Source of the DNA: Lama guanicoe
Taxonomy: Eukaryota
Direction: 5' to 3'
Length of the DNA: 64,000 nt
Assembly (NCBI GenBank): GCA_013239625.1
Contig: MU054323.1
Span: forward strand, 62,001-126,000
The notes below the pieces were generated by a model. It did no database searches, had not been told where the DNA came from, and was given only the letters and a program-made list of their open reading frames with translations. This document shows positions 24,801-34,719 of the stretch, in pieces. Each line of letters opens with the position of its first letter. The first letter of the stretch is position 1. A program made the translations under genes and the position numbers.

Positions 24801-27800
24801 AAAGGTGGGACGTACTAGGCTTAGGAAGTTTGGATTATGTGTCCGTGCTGAGCGTAATTGATGTGGTTGTTAAAGCATGGCACATGGCCTCATTTCAGCA
24901 TGTGTGTCCCCCTTCTCTGTCCTGGGCTTTGTGTTGGACCAGGAGTCAATATGCCCTTCCCCACTTCAAATTGATAACTTTGCTGTGCCTTGGGGGCACA
25001 AATGACATCTGAAGGCTAATTTGTGTTTTCTTGGGAAGAGCATAAAGGGCCCACTCTCTTTAGGATTTTATCTGTTGTCACAAAATGTATAACCTCGAGG
25101 TAAAATACGTAGTATTCTGAATTTATTTTAATGCAAGGATAAAAGTAATGCTTAATGTTTTTACATTTTATTCTGTCTTTCTTTTGAATTACCTGTCAGA
25201 ATTTCTAAAGATAAAGCCACATTTTAGCAATGGTTTAATAACTTTGATGTAAGAAAAAAGAAAAGCAAAAATGAGTCACTGATTTATTCACCTTAAATGT
25301 CATGTTTTGGCACTTTATATATAATTTAAAAATTAAGACTTGGTCCAGTGAATTATGAACGACTGGACCTCTGGTCTGATGGTACATTAGTTACTAGAGG
25401 TCTCATTTGGTGGGAAAGTGGCATTTGTGTTAATTTTTTAGCACACATACTAATAAATTCCCTCCTCTCCTCTCTCTTCTCTTTAGAAAGGAGATGTAAG
25501 ATTCTTGATTTGCACAGATGTAGCTGCGAGAGGAATTGACATCCATGGTGTTCCTTATGGTAAAAAAGTTTTTATGTTTGCAAGTTGAATTTTATGGAGT
25601 AAATAAATATGTTTAAAATATTTAGAACATCAAATATGTTTGAAAATTTCAGGAACTAATGCCAATTGGTAATAAACTGTTTTTCTTTACAGTTATAAAT
25701 GTCACCTTGCCTGATGAAAAGCAAAACTACGTCCATCGAATTGGCAGAGTGGGAAGAGCTGAGAGGTAGCCCTGTCATTTCTTTTTTCCTCTTTAAGCGT
25801 CTATGCTTCAGGAGTAAAGTCTAATAAAGGCTTTTAAAAATCTTTCAGGATGGGTCTGGCTATTTCCCTGGTGGCAACAGAAAAGGAGAAGGTAACCTTT
25901 TCAGTGCTACATATATTCTTTGTTTGTGTTGTCATTTTAGATGTTGGAAGGAAAAGCAGTTTGATTTTTCTTTCACTGAATTCAGTTGCATATGGAATGT
26001 AAATGAACTTTTTAATGGCATCTTTTTCTCTATATTCATTGAATGGACGGCTAGTAGGGTGAAGTTTAGAAAGGAGAAAATACAAAGCACAATTTTCCCT
26101 AATAGCTTTAATATAATTGTTTTCACAGAAAAGCATTTAAACTCTCTCTGGCATCATGCCATGGTAGACGTTTTATGGGAGAGAGCGTTAACTTATTATT
26201 TTGATATAAGTTGATATAATAATTTGATACAAATTTATAGAAGAGTTGCAAGAGTGAGGAACTTCCACAAACTCGTTGCCCAAACTAATTGTTCATTTTG
26301 CTTTTTGCTATTTCTTTATTATAATCTTACAGACGACAGTTGGACCCTATTTTTGATACTAATCTTGATGTAGCATTCTCTAACATTTGCTTCTTTCTTC
26401 TTATTTTTACCTGATAATTCCTTTCTGTAGTTGATGTCTCTTCTAGAAAAAGTTTTGGATTCCTGGCAAAAAGAACTCTTTCAGAAGACCTAGTCAGTGA
26501 GCTGCTGAATGGTGGTGGTAGCTGGGTGACATACCGTACCGGCAATCTGTTTTAAAAAACTAATTGAGAACAAAGATATCGAGCATGTTTCAGTCTCCAT
26601 ACATGTTAATGTTTTTTCCTTTAATATAGGTTTGGTACCACGTATGTAGCAGCCGTGGAAAAGGGTGTTATAACACAAGACTCAAGGAAGATGGAGGCTG
26701 TACCATATGGTACAATGAGATGCAGGTGAGACTTACAAAAATCTTATTAAAGTTGGTAAAAATAGGATGCATTTGTCTATTAAAGTTATGTATCAGCTTT
26801 TGTCTTTTTGTCAGTTAAGTAGTGAGTGATTGTGTTATTGTAGTTTATAAATTGTAGCTTGTGAGTTTATCACTTCAGAAATCTCACTTCCATTTATGCT
26901 AAGTATTATAGCCTTCCTGGTTTTACTTAATGCTGTTCAAATGCAGGACTGTTAAAATGAAATTTTTATTTGAAAATGCTTTAATTTCCTCTCCCTTTCT
27001 TAGTTGCTGTCTGAGATAGAAGAACATCTGAACTGTACCATTTCTCAGGTTGAGCCGGATATAAAGGTACCCGTGGATGAATTTGATGGGAAAGTTACTT
27101 ATGGTCAAAAAAGGACTATTGGTGGTAAGCACTGAATTACTTCTAATTCTGTTTTAAATGTGAGTCTGTTCTTTTTTGAGCTTTAGCTTAAGAAGAGAGC
27201 ATTTCATTCCCTTACGTTAAGTGTGTATTTTTAGCATGTCAATCACCCCTCCTTATTACCCCCATAGCACTCTGTCCATTCCCGTCTCGCCGCGTGTTTT
27301 GCCGTGTGATCTCTGGGTGAATGCAGGATAGCAGCCTCGCTGCTTCTCTTGAGGGGTTAATGTCATAAGAATAGTGGAACATCTGTGGAGTCATTAGGAA
27401 AGACAAGGAAAGTGGTCATTTTGAACAGTGGTAACCCAGGATGCTGCTTATTCCCTTTGCCTGCAGTATGCTTAGCTCATTCCTGAAATTTTTTTTTTTT
27501 AAGATTCAGGCTAAACTAGTGGTTTCTAAACCAAGGAGAAGAGGATCGGGGAGGGGATGGTACGGGTATTGGGACAGCTGTTCGTAAGGCCGTATCATTT
27601 ATTTTAGCTGATGGAACATTGTTAAAGCTCAGGGTTCTGGAGACGGCTTTCCCAGCAGTACCTTTCTGCTACTGGAAGCCCTGTTTAAGTTGATACAACT
27701 GAGCGAAAGTATTGCTGACACGTTATTTCAAGCATGTCACTTACGTTGCTTTCACCTGTGTGACGCAGGTGGAAACTATAAAGGCCACGTGGATGTTTTG

Positions 27801-27899
27801 GCACCTACAGTTCAAGAGTTGGCTGCCCTTGAAAAGGAGGCACAGACATCGTTCCTACATCTTGGCTACCTTCCTAACCAGCTGTTCAGAACCTTCTGA
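861..27899 (+). CDS. DDX1: DDX1 ATP-dependent RNA helicase, 5'-partial spliced CDS, 23 exons (human exons 4-26)
   Basis: Manual splicing at AG/GT sites gives an uninterrupted 2091-nt frame with motif I (AETGSGKT), the SPRY insert, Ia (PSRELAEQ), Ib (TPGRL), II (DEAD), III (SAT), V (TDVAARGID), VI (HRIGRVGR) and the DDX1 C-terminus [12 protein letters not shown]. Confidence 0.99.
1495..1591 (+). CDS. DDX1: DDX1 exon 5 ([32 protein letters not shown])
   Basis: ctag|GCT...TCGG|gtaatt; 97 nt. Confidence 0.97.
1690..1820. mobile_element. MER20-like hAT DNA transposon fragment
   Basis: ggcatttggtg...ccagggatgctaaacgtc...aaaatactgatggtgcc resembles MER20. Confidence 0.6.
2430..2880 (+). mobile_element. 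L3/CR1 LINE 3' remnant
   Basis: catgtcctgtgaggag...gaagctagg..., aagtgttcaagcagatgctag, terminal gtgattctttga. Confidence 0.55.
3370..3417 (+). CDS. DDX1: DDX1 exon 6 ([15 protein letters not shown])
   Basis: cttag|TG...TTCG|gtaagt; 48 nt; within ORF 3318..3509. Confidence 0.97.
3540..4830 (+). mobile_element. Old L1 (L1M-type) ORF2 end / 3'UTR remnant
   Basis: aaaatgggcaaaggatacaaacaggcaattcacagaag and neighbouring L1M phrases. Confidence 0.65.
5616..5699 (+). CDS. DDX1: DDX1 exon 7 ([31 protein letters not shown])
   Basis: tccag|CA...AAAG|gtattt; 84 nt. Confidence 0.97.
5925..6008 (+). CDS. DDX1: DDX1 exon 8 ([31 protein letters not shown])
   Basis: cgtag|GG...CTAG|gtaagt; 84 nt. Confidence 0.97.
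6374..6450 (+). CDS. DDX1: DDX1 exon 9 ([29 protein letters not shown])
   Basis: tttag|GT...GAG|gtgagt; 77 nt. Confidence 0.97.
7009..7081 (+). CDS. DDX1: DDX1 exon 10 ([28 protein letters not shown])
   Basis: ttctag|GAA...AATG|gtaagc; 73 nt. Confidence 0.97.
7180..7680. mobile_element. L2 LINE remnant
   Basis: aacaaatacttcttgagcatttgctgc..., ggtcagagaaggcttt...ggtgacatgtgag, aaaggtcctgaggtg. Confidence 0.65.
7740..7816 (+). CDS. DDX1: DDX1 exon 11 ([25 protein letters not shown])
   Basis: poly-T tract then taag|GA...AAG|gtagtt; 77 nt. Confidence 0.97.
7928..8042 (+). CDS. DDX1: DDX1 exon 12 ([38 protein letters not shown])
   Basis: gctag|AAT...ACAG|gtattg; 115 nt. Confidence 0.97.
8290..8490. 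mobile_element. MIR SINE
   Basis: MIR core: tttaatcttcacagcagtcctgtaaggtag...aagtaactagctcaaggtcacag...gaattcaaac. Confidence 0.75.
8757..8895 (+). CDS. DDX1: DDX1 exon 13 ([45 protein letters not shown]; motif Ia)
   Basis: cttaag|GT...TAAG|gtaaag; 139 nt. Confidence 0.97.
9490..9610 (-). mobile_element. L1MB/ME-type 3' end fragment
   Basis: accataaaattcactgtttaaaatgtacaatacagtggtttttagtat...gttgtgcaaccat. Confidence 0.65.
10530..10700. mobile_element. MER5-like DNA transposon fragment
   Basis: ttaaaaatacggatg...tactgaatcagattttcc...ccaggtgattctaa. Confidence 0.55.
10978..11112 (-). mobile_element. tRNA-derived SINE (camelid type) with 11-bp target-site duplication
   Basis: Minus strand reads GGTATAGCACAGTGG (A box)...GGTTCAACACC (B box) then an A-rich tail; flanked by ttggtagttct at 10967-10977 and 11113-11123. 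Confidence 0.85.
11185..12435 (-). mobile_element. L1 (L1MA/MB-type) 3'UTR and ORF2 end, antisense
   Basis: ataattcacatatcatacaattcac, gttgatggacatttg, ggagtggaattgctggatca, ttttaattttgatgaagtc. Confidence 0.85.
12953..13013 (+). CDS. DDX1: DDX1 exon 14 ([20 protein letters not shown])
   Basis: tttcag|GG...GGG|gtaagt; 61 nt. Confidence 0.97.
15010..15850. mobile_element. Cluster of three MIR SINE fragments in mixed orientation
   Basis: MIR cores near 15050-15190, 15375-15590 (opposite orientation) and 15690-15850. Confidence 0.65.
16143..16241 (+). CDS. DDX1: DDX1 exon 15 ([33 protein letters not shown])
   Basis: ttccag|GTA...GCT|gtatgt; 99 nt; ends within the DEAD motif. Confidence 0.97.
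16420..16490 (-). mobile_element. Short L1 3'-terminal fragment
   Basis: gaggtatagttgatttacaatgtttcaggtgtacagc...gattcagttatacata is the reverse complement of the L1 end seen at ~57650-57725. Confidence 0.7.
16587..16700 (-). mobile_element. Young, heavily 5'-truncated L1 3' end with 16-bp TSD
   Basis: T-rich tail then gtcattttacaatgttgtgtcaaattccagtgtag...; flanked by tttgtaaacaggtttt at 16571-16586 and 16701-16716. Confidence 0.88.
16950..17155 (+). mobile_element. Young L1 3' end (camelid type), sense
   Basis: ataaacaagattatactgtatagcacagggaaatatatacaag...gacacaacattgtaaaatga...aataaaaaa. Confidence 0.85.
17445..17534 (+). CDS. DDX1: DDX1 exon 16 ([30 protein letters not shown])
   Basis: gtgcag|GAT...CAG|gtataa; 90 nt. 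Confidence 0.97.
18274..18462 (+). CDS. DDX1: DDX1 exon 17 (VIVCSATLH...LGKNHIR; motif III)
   Basis: cttag|GTG...AGA|gtaagt; 189 nt; matches ORF 18274..18477. Confidence 0.97.
19115..19166 (+). CDS. DDX1: DDX1 exon 18 ([17 protein letters not shown])
   Basis: gatag|ACT...CCAG|gtgagt; 52 nt. Confidence 0.97.
20737..20883 (+). CDS. DDX1: DDX1 exon 19 ([13 protein letters not shown]...[22 protein letters not shown]; motif IV)
   Basis: ttcaag|AG...GAG|gtaatg; 147 nt. Confidence 0.97.
21150..22860 (+). mobile_element. Old L1M fragments (endonuclease region plus 3' region)
   Basis: tgcatgctgtttacaagaaac, gggaaatgcaaaataaaatcacag, agcagctttatttataatggctccaaac, tttgtcaaaactcagcaaatgtacactaaag. Confidence 0.75.
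24117..24208 (+). CDS. DDX1: DDX1 exon 20 ([30 protein letters not shown])
   Basis: cactag|GA...AAG|gtactg; 92 nt. Confidence 0.97.
25487..25559 (+). CDS. DDX1: DDX1 exon 21 ([24 protein letters not shown]; motif V)
   Basis: ctttag|AAA...TATG|gtaaaa; 73 nt. Confidence 0.97.
25693..25765 (+). CDS. DDX1: DDX1 exon 22 ([23 protein letters not shown]; motif VI)
   Basis: ttacag|TT...GAG|gtagcc; 73 nt. Confidence 0.97.
25849..25891 (+). CDS. DDX1: DDX1 exon 23 ([14 protein letters not shown])
   Basis: tttcag|GA...AAG|gtaacc; 43 nt. Confidence 0.97.
26630..26725 (+). CDS. DDX1: DDX1 exon 24 ([32 protein letters not shown])
   Basis: tatag|GTT...CAG|gtgaga; 96 nt. Confidence 0.97.
27004..27124 (+). 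CDS. DDX1: DDX1 exon 25 ([40 protein letters not shown])
   Basis: cttag|TTG...GGTG|gtaagc; 121 nt. Confidence 0.97.
27769..27899 (+). CDS. DDX1: DDX1 exon 26 coding part ([42 protein letters not shown])
   Basis: cgcag|GT...TGA; 131 nt; matches the end of ORF 27690..27899. Confidence 0.98.
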
Positions 27900-28105
27900 T
27901 TTTAACATACCCTGAGAAAGATTTGAATAATGAAAGGCTGTAGTATTAAAACTCTAAATAGTTGTACTGCAGTACAAGCAGCAGTATTTATAGTAACTTA
28001 AGCTGTTAATGCAAATGATTGCACGTCAGGAAACACCAGTCTTAGGAATTCTTCATAAAACGGTGACCTAATGAAAATAATAAATTTGATGGCTGTATTT
28101 TCACG
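27900..28105 (+). other. DDX1: DDX1 3'UTR (approximate end)
   Basis: AT-rich sequence between the stop codon and the inferred cleavage site ~20 nt after AATAAA. Confidence 0.75.
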
Positions 28106-28120
28106 AGAGTTTGTGTCTTA
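28079..28120 (+). terminator. DDX1: Polyadenylation signal AATAAA with downstream GU/U-rich element
   Basis: AATAAA at 28079-28084 followed by gagtttgtgtcttacttt; a weaker ATTAAA sits at 27945-27950. Confidence 0.8.
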
Positions 28121-31100
28121 CTTTAAAATTACTTTATAGGTTTTCTTCTTCAGGAAAGCTCTGGGTTTGTGAGGTGAAGTTTATGGGTACGTGACTTTGG
28201 CGCCGGACCTGAGTGGAACCTCTGGTGACTGCCCTGAGTAGGGGTTCCCCAGGAGGCGATCCCGAATGGAGACAGTCTCGAGGTAGTTGTGGTCACCTCG
28301 GTGTACGCTGGAGCTCAAGAAGAGCTGTAACGGGAAGGAAAACTGGGGGATCCCGAGGCAGAAGGACCACGGGGTCAGCTTGGAAGCCTGGAGTTGTTTA
28401 GGGCGTTAGAAAGGGCTCTGTGTCTATGGGCTGGTGCCCGATTTGGTGATGGTGATGGCGAAGGTCTGTCTCTGAAGGTTTACCTTCTTTTTAAGAACCT
28501 TTCCCTCCAGATGATACAAAGCTATAAAGATAAAACTATTCTGATGTCCCTCTTGGTCTTACATTTAAATGCAGTTCCTTGAAATACGTTTCCCAAAAGC
28601 CACTTGCCTGAAATACCAGAGGGAAAAGGGAAAATTTTTATAGATACAGTTGTGATTTTGTGCCTTTTGACTCTTGCTTTATAAAGTAGTTTCTTGGGGA
28701 AAATTATTTTTGCCCTAGAGATTCTTTAAGAGCAAAGGCTATTATAATTTTAACCTCATTTTAGCTCTGAAGTATTTTCTTCAAACAAAACTTTGAGTGG
28801 AATTCAGTATGTGAACATTGGGAAAATCATTACCTAGTCTGCCGAGTCATAGTTTGTGTGAAGTGATTATGAGGGTACCATTCTATCTCCTGCAGGAAGA
28901 CCACTTTCTCTGGAGAGTTCCTAGAACTCCCATAACCAGTCTCAAAGCTGTGTGATGACAGCTCCTTGTAATGTTCATCCCCTTAATCACTGCTTTGAAA
29001 ATGAGTTTTTAATGGACATAATGGCCAAGAAAAGACTTGAGATTTAGACCATTTAAGGCTGGAGCTGGGAGAGAGCTTTCTGATCTTGTGCACGTTGTGG
29101 TTTTACAGGTGCAGAAGCTGAGTTTCGAGGAATACGTGTTCACAGGGCCTGGTTTGTAGAGCTGGAACCAGGACCTGGGTTTCCTGGTTTCGGCTTTTAC
29201 TCTTTGCTCTCCCTTTGTCAGGTCAAAATGGGTAGGTCAGAGAGGAATGCTGTGTAGACTGTGGGAGGGGTTGTCTGATTTTTCTTCTTCAAAGTACCAT
29301 CCATCTGAAATTACTCAGGCAACAGAGGTTTTAAAAGAGGGAGCTGCATGTAACCAGACCGAGGGAGGGGCTGCCTGGAGACCTACTTTCATCGCCGTGC
29401 GTCCTTACCCTTTACACTGGGTCCCCACTTCCAGATGCCCATTCCTCAAGCCTCCGGATTAATGCTAAGGACGTAGATGATTGTGAAAGTCTGTTTAAGA
29501 TGTGGTCACTGAGACGTAAGAGATGCTAACTGCCCTTTCCTTCCTTTTAGACATAGAGCCTCCTGAGCTTCAGTTGGTTGTAGATACCTGGCTGGGGACT
29601 GTCCTTCCCAGGCTCTGGTCAGCAGGGTATGAGGCCAGGTGGCCCGTGCCATCCCTGGCTCGCATCCTTCTATCTGTCCTGCCCCTCCCACCTCGGGCTG
29701 GAACTTGGTGTATTAGTGAGCCAGTGTCTATCTTTAGAAAAGTGTCATGTTTGGGGAATGGCAGAGCAACAAGACAGAAGGAACCTGGGTGACCTTGTGA
29801 AAGCTGCTCACTCAGAGAGGCCGCCTATCACAGTAACTTGGTCTTATGTGAGCTGCTGTGTGTTTCGGTCTCTGCCCTGGCTAATCAGACACTGGAGGCA
29901 CTGGAAAGTCCAGAAAATGTTAAATATCAACCAGCGAATGTTAGTATTTCCGACTCATGGCTTCAGCTTTGTCTGCTACGTAGTGTAAGAATTGATAAGT
30001 GAACTCACAGATCTCTTGTCCGTCTCCTCTGCACAGAAGTGGCCGGCCCCCTTGTCAACCCTTAGTAGACACGGCCTGGGGTCTTGAGTCCTGGCACAGT
30101 CTCCGTCATTACCCACCTCGTCTCTCCTTCTCTGTTCCTTCTCTTCAGAGCTACCTTCAGGCTTCGCGAGAGTTACACTTTTCATAGTGACTGAAGTGGT
30201 CTTGTGTTTGGGGATTTTTTTTTTACTATCCAAATTGTAATAAACCAAAGTGAGCTGCTCTAACTCCGGGTTATGTGTTCGCTGTATTGCTAATCTGGAA
30301 GGTACTAGAAGCCTCTTGTTAGGACAGAGCCACCTGAGAGAAAACATAGAAAACCAGATAAAAGGACCAAATGCTCTCAATGCCTGGGGATGTTTGCCTT
30401 AAAAGAACTGATTCTAAAGGACTCCAGCCAGCGGCATTAGTTAAAGATGGCCAGAACATTTCTGTATCGTTCTCAGTATAGATTTTCCTGTTACTGACGG
30501 AAATAGGAACTCCGGGCTAGAGCAATCCCCCTTCTCCCTGTTTCTTACTTGTATTCCCACTCCCAGAGAAAGAGATCACTAAACAACATTTTGGCTCATT
30601 TCTTTTTTCTGAAAATGTTTTGGTGTACAGTTTAGATCTCACCGTATGTGCATTTTTACATCTGCATCTGACGTAAGTATTTTTCTTGTTATGAATACTT
30701 TAATGGCTGCAAAATCCACTGAATGTGCTGCGGTCTGTGCGACTCGAGCGTCGAGGGGAACTGAAGAGGATGGGAGCCTCACATGTCAGGCCCGGGTGCG
30801 AATCCGGCTCCAGTCCCACCAGCAGGATGACAGAAACGAGGTCCTTAGCCTCTCTAAGCTTGTGTTTCTTTGTTGATAAAAATGGTGAAGGTGATTCTCT
30901 TCATTCAGGACTATGTGAAGCATTTGGCAAAAGCCGGCCAGTAAGAGGCTCTCAGATTTTACAGTATTGACGCCGTTCACAGTTTTCTTGTGTTCACTTA
31001 ATGCTGCTGTGAACATCTTTGTTCTGTCTTTTGGGTTGTTTCCATCTGCTGGATTCCTAGAAACTGGATCACTGAATAAAAACAAATGGACCTGTGAACA

Positions 31101-32084
31101 CTTTACCAGGGTCATTTTGAGATTGCATTTCTCTTTATCCCCCGTGCGCTCCCCCCACTCCTGCCCCACCACCATCATTATCACTACAGACAGGGATCCA
31201 GACTTACTGTAAGCAAGGGGCAAGGCTTCTTTCTTTTTTCTTTTTTCTTTTTTCTTTTTCCTTGAAGGTAGAAGTGTGTGTGGCAATGACCGAGAATGGC
31301 CTAGATTAAAAACAAAAAAAAAAGTTGTTTCCCGGCCAGTTCTAAGTGGGCAAGACTATGTAGTCAAATTTTTCACCGTATTCTTTTGACTTGAGGAAAC
31401 TATGCATTTTATTGCAGCTTAAAATAGATTTGTAAAATATGAAAAATGTGTTGGTCGATATAAAATGAGATCTGGGGTAGGTTTCCTTAGAGTGATTTTA
31501 TTATTTCCCTATAGCTACTGACATCTATCAGGAATTTTTTTTCCAAGTGACCTTATTTGGGGGAAAAAGGAATATTTGTTAAAAGGGAAAAAATGTAGTG
31601 GAACAGGAAGGAAAGGGAGGGACAGTATTTTGCTGCTCCAGAGTAATTGATAGAGGATTCCTTCGGTGGGAGGAGTGGAAGGGGAATTTTTACTGTTGTT
31701 TTCCATTCTGTTGCTTTAAGTAATTACCTTTCATTAAAATCATCGAAAGCTCTGGTTTTGTGACAGATTCCACTTTTGCTGGTCAAAAGTGTTGAGGGGA
31801 ATTGGAAAGAACCTGGGGTCAGATAGGCCTGGGTCTGATCTCGGCAGTGTCTCTGGCTTCCCGTCAGTTAAGTCACAGGCAGGGAGCATGAGGTCCCAGG
31901 TGGGGCCTGGAGTCTGCACCTTAACAGTTTCCTCAGAAGATCGTGAAGCAAACCAAGAAACGCCGTTGTGGAGAGAGGGCCCTTCACGCTTTAATTCTCA
32001 CTGCAATCTGTTACCCCAAGACACAGGCAGGGTGACGGAGGACACCCGAGTGAGAGGTGCCTGCCTTTGCTGTGGTTCCTTCCC

Positions 32085-32255
32085 TTAGGGTAGTGGTTCT
32101 CAGTCCTGGCTGCACATGGGGACCACCTCAGGGAGCTTTAAAAGAAAATACCAGTGTCTACACTTCACCTCCAGAAAGTCTGGTTTTATTATTCCGGAGG
32201 GGGGCCTGGCACCCCAGGTGTTGCTCGTGTGCAGCCAGGGTTGAGCACTGCTTCC
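32085..32255. mobile_element. MER5A-like hAT element
   Basis: Termini agtggttctcagtcctggctgcac ... gtgcagccagggttgagcact are inverted repeats. Confidence 0.7.
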
Positions 32256-32419
32256 AACAGCCTGACTCCAGACGTTTCTCCATCCTGCTGCAGATCACTG
32301 TGCCCTCTGCACGTGCCCGGCTGATACGTGTCCTAAAGTTAAATGTAGTTTAGATTCAAGCTGGAGCCCTTGCTGTCACTACACAGTAGAAAGTATTGTA
32401 GAGAAAAACTGATCAAAAT

Positions 32420-32860
32420 GGTACCGTGTATTATTTTAAGATTATTTAAAAAATAAATTTTGTAACCAGATGAATTTTATTTTCAAAATAGTTACTTTGG
32501 GGATTCAGATCTTTTAAGGGTGCTTCAATTTTTCAAAACCCATTTGGCCTTTTAATTTTTTTTTTCCTTTTTGTTTTAGACATTACCACTTTATTTTTAT
32601 TTAAAACATTTCCTCTGCTTTCGACAGACTGTAGAAATCATTGGTTTAACCCATTATTTTACCTCGAATCTTGTTCCCCAGCTTGGTAACTCATTCTGTT
32701 CACAGGAAAAGACTCAGGTTGGCTGTTGCCTGTTTGATTCCTTGACTTAAATCCCAGTTAAAAGGATAAATATTTGCTGCTGCCAAGTAGGACTTTGAAG
32801 AGGCACTCCGAGGTTGTCTCTGCAGGGCAGTAATTGGATGGTAAGGGCTTTGCACTTTTT
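32420..32860. mobile_element. Possible ancient Tc1/mariner (MARNA-like) remnant
   Basis: tttattttcaaaatagttacttt and ...ttggctgttgcc...aaaggataaaatatttgc loosely resemble mariner relics; highly degenerate. Confidence 0.3.
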
Positions 32861-33564
32861 GTGGTGGGCCAGGGTCTCAGGGAAGAGAGTCTGGCATGGA
32901 AATCCTGATCAGAGCAGGAGTCATCTGGGCAGAGGTTGGAGTCCGGGAGAGAGGGCCAGTGGGGATGGTGTCACTTGAGTCCCATGGGAGCAACAGGGTC
33001 TTGATAATGAGTTTTGGTTTTCCTTTTCTGTAGTGTGATTCCCCTGAAATCCTGAAATGTTGCTCAAGTGTTAACAATTAGTTATGTTAGTGTGGTTTGG
33101 GTAGTGTGTGGACAGAGTGCTATTGGGGGGTGTGGGAGTCGGTTAGGACCCTGCCCTGTGGGAACTTGTGACGTAATGGCAGGAGGGGACAAGGAAACCT
33201 TCTGGAGCAGTCGTCCAGACCGAAGCTCAGAAAGGTGACAGTCAGGTTTAGCGGCAGTCAGGGGCAGCAGGCACTCCCGAGGCTTCGTAGACTGTATTTG
33301 GGAGAGAACTGGCTAACCTGTCATCACACAGGCTGGAAGCTTGATGTATTTTGTTTGGCTCCGAAAACCTAGCAATTTCGAGACATTGGATTATACCCAT
33401 ATCGTTAAATACTGTGCACTTGAAATGGTGGTGTTAGTTCTGTTGGTTGTAATAACAAACTCTCTGAGATGCTTCCGTCCATAAATTGTTATCCATTCCC
33501 CACTGTTGGCTCAGCGCAGCACCACGAGGAAGGACGCCAGCTCTCGTGGGTCTGTCGTTTTTCA

Positions 33565-33593
33565 TTTCCAGTCAGGTACACCAGGTGGCGCTC
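33565..33593 (+). promoter_or_regulatory. CTCF-like binding motif
   Basis: aCACCAGGTGGCGCT at 33578-33592 versus consensus CCASYAGRKGGCRS (1 mismatch), with TCCAGT 5 nt upstream resembling the upstream module. Confidence 0.55.
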
Positions 33594-34719
33594 ATGTCAC
33601 ACTGTGAACACCCACAGAGACCTAAACACTTATGCTGGGATATTTTTACCACTTGGGGTCACTTAAGGATTACCTGACTTCCTTTTTCACTGCTAAGCAA
33701 ATCACAGATTCAAAGGAATTATTTCCCATTACATCTGTCAGAGTCTGTGGTCTTTTTTTTTCCTGGATCCCCAAGGCCAAGAAATATGCATTAGGATTTT
33801 GTTTTCCACGAGTTGGCCCCACACAGGTTGTGCTGCAGTGGTTTCTCCAGTCACAAAGCGCTTACAGGACCACCGCATCCACTGTCTCCTGGGCCCAGCA
33901 TTTGGGAGTTCTCTACACAAAAGAACTTCCACACGTGTCAAAATTGCACTTATGCTAATTGCCATTCTCATTACCGTCCCCAGAGCACAGGCTGCTTTTC
34001 CTCAGTCATTTCCATGGTGCTGCCTGTGTCTGAAAGCCTGGATCTGAATGAAGTGCGGTGGGGTATCATGTTCACGCCCGCTCATCTTCCTGCCACTTAT
34101 CCGGTGATCCCAGGAATTACCGCATTGCCCTTCGAGAGCTCGGTGGAGATATGTGGGATGATCCCCAATTGACTTTGCCTGCCTGGGTGTGGGTCTGGGT
34201 GGGGGTGAGGGCAGGATGTGTGGGCTTAGACAGGCAGCCCAGACAATGAGCCTAGTCACTCCAGAAAGTGGCTGTGGCTCCTAATTTGAAAAACCAAGAT
34301 GATGATCGGATGCCCCAAGTGCCCGTCTCCCTGCAGAGTAGGATTGAAGGTTGAGAGAGATCTGAGTGGGAAAACCACCAGATGTGTGATCTGTCCTCTG
34401 CTTTCTACTTTTCTCCAAAGAATACGGTCTTGAAGGGTGGAAGCAGGAGACCTGAGTCATTTATTCAAGAGCGGTCTTTTCTGGTATAATTTAAAGCTAC
34501 ACCAGGAGTTCATTTGCTTCCACCGTTTTCAGTTTATAATTAATCCGTGTCAGCCCCTATTCAAGAACCTGCAGTGGGCCTTTACTGCCACTAAAATAAG
34601 TCCAGACTAACTTGGACACTTGGGGTCCTCTAAAATCTGGTCTCAGCCTCCCTATTCTTACTTCTTTTATTCCCCGATTCACACTGAACTTGGTCTTCTC
34701 ACTTCCCTCCATACATAAC

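Noticed and set aside
891..27768. Intronic snoRNA/miRNA or U12-type introns in DDX1
   Set aside because: All donors are ordinary GT without the RTATCCTT signature, and no recognisable box C/D or H/ACA RNA was seen by eye; an Infernal/Rfam scan would be decisive.
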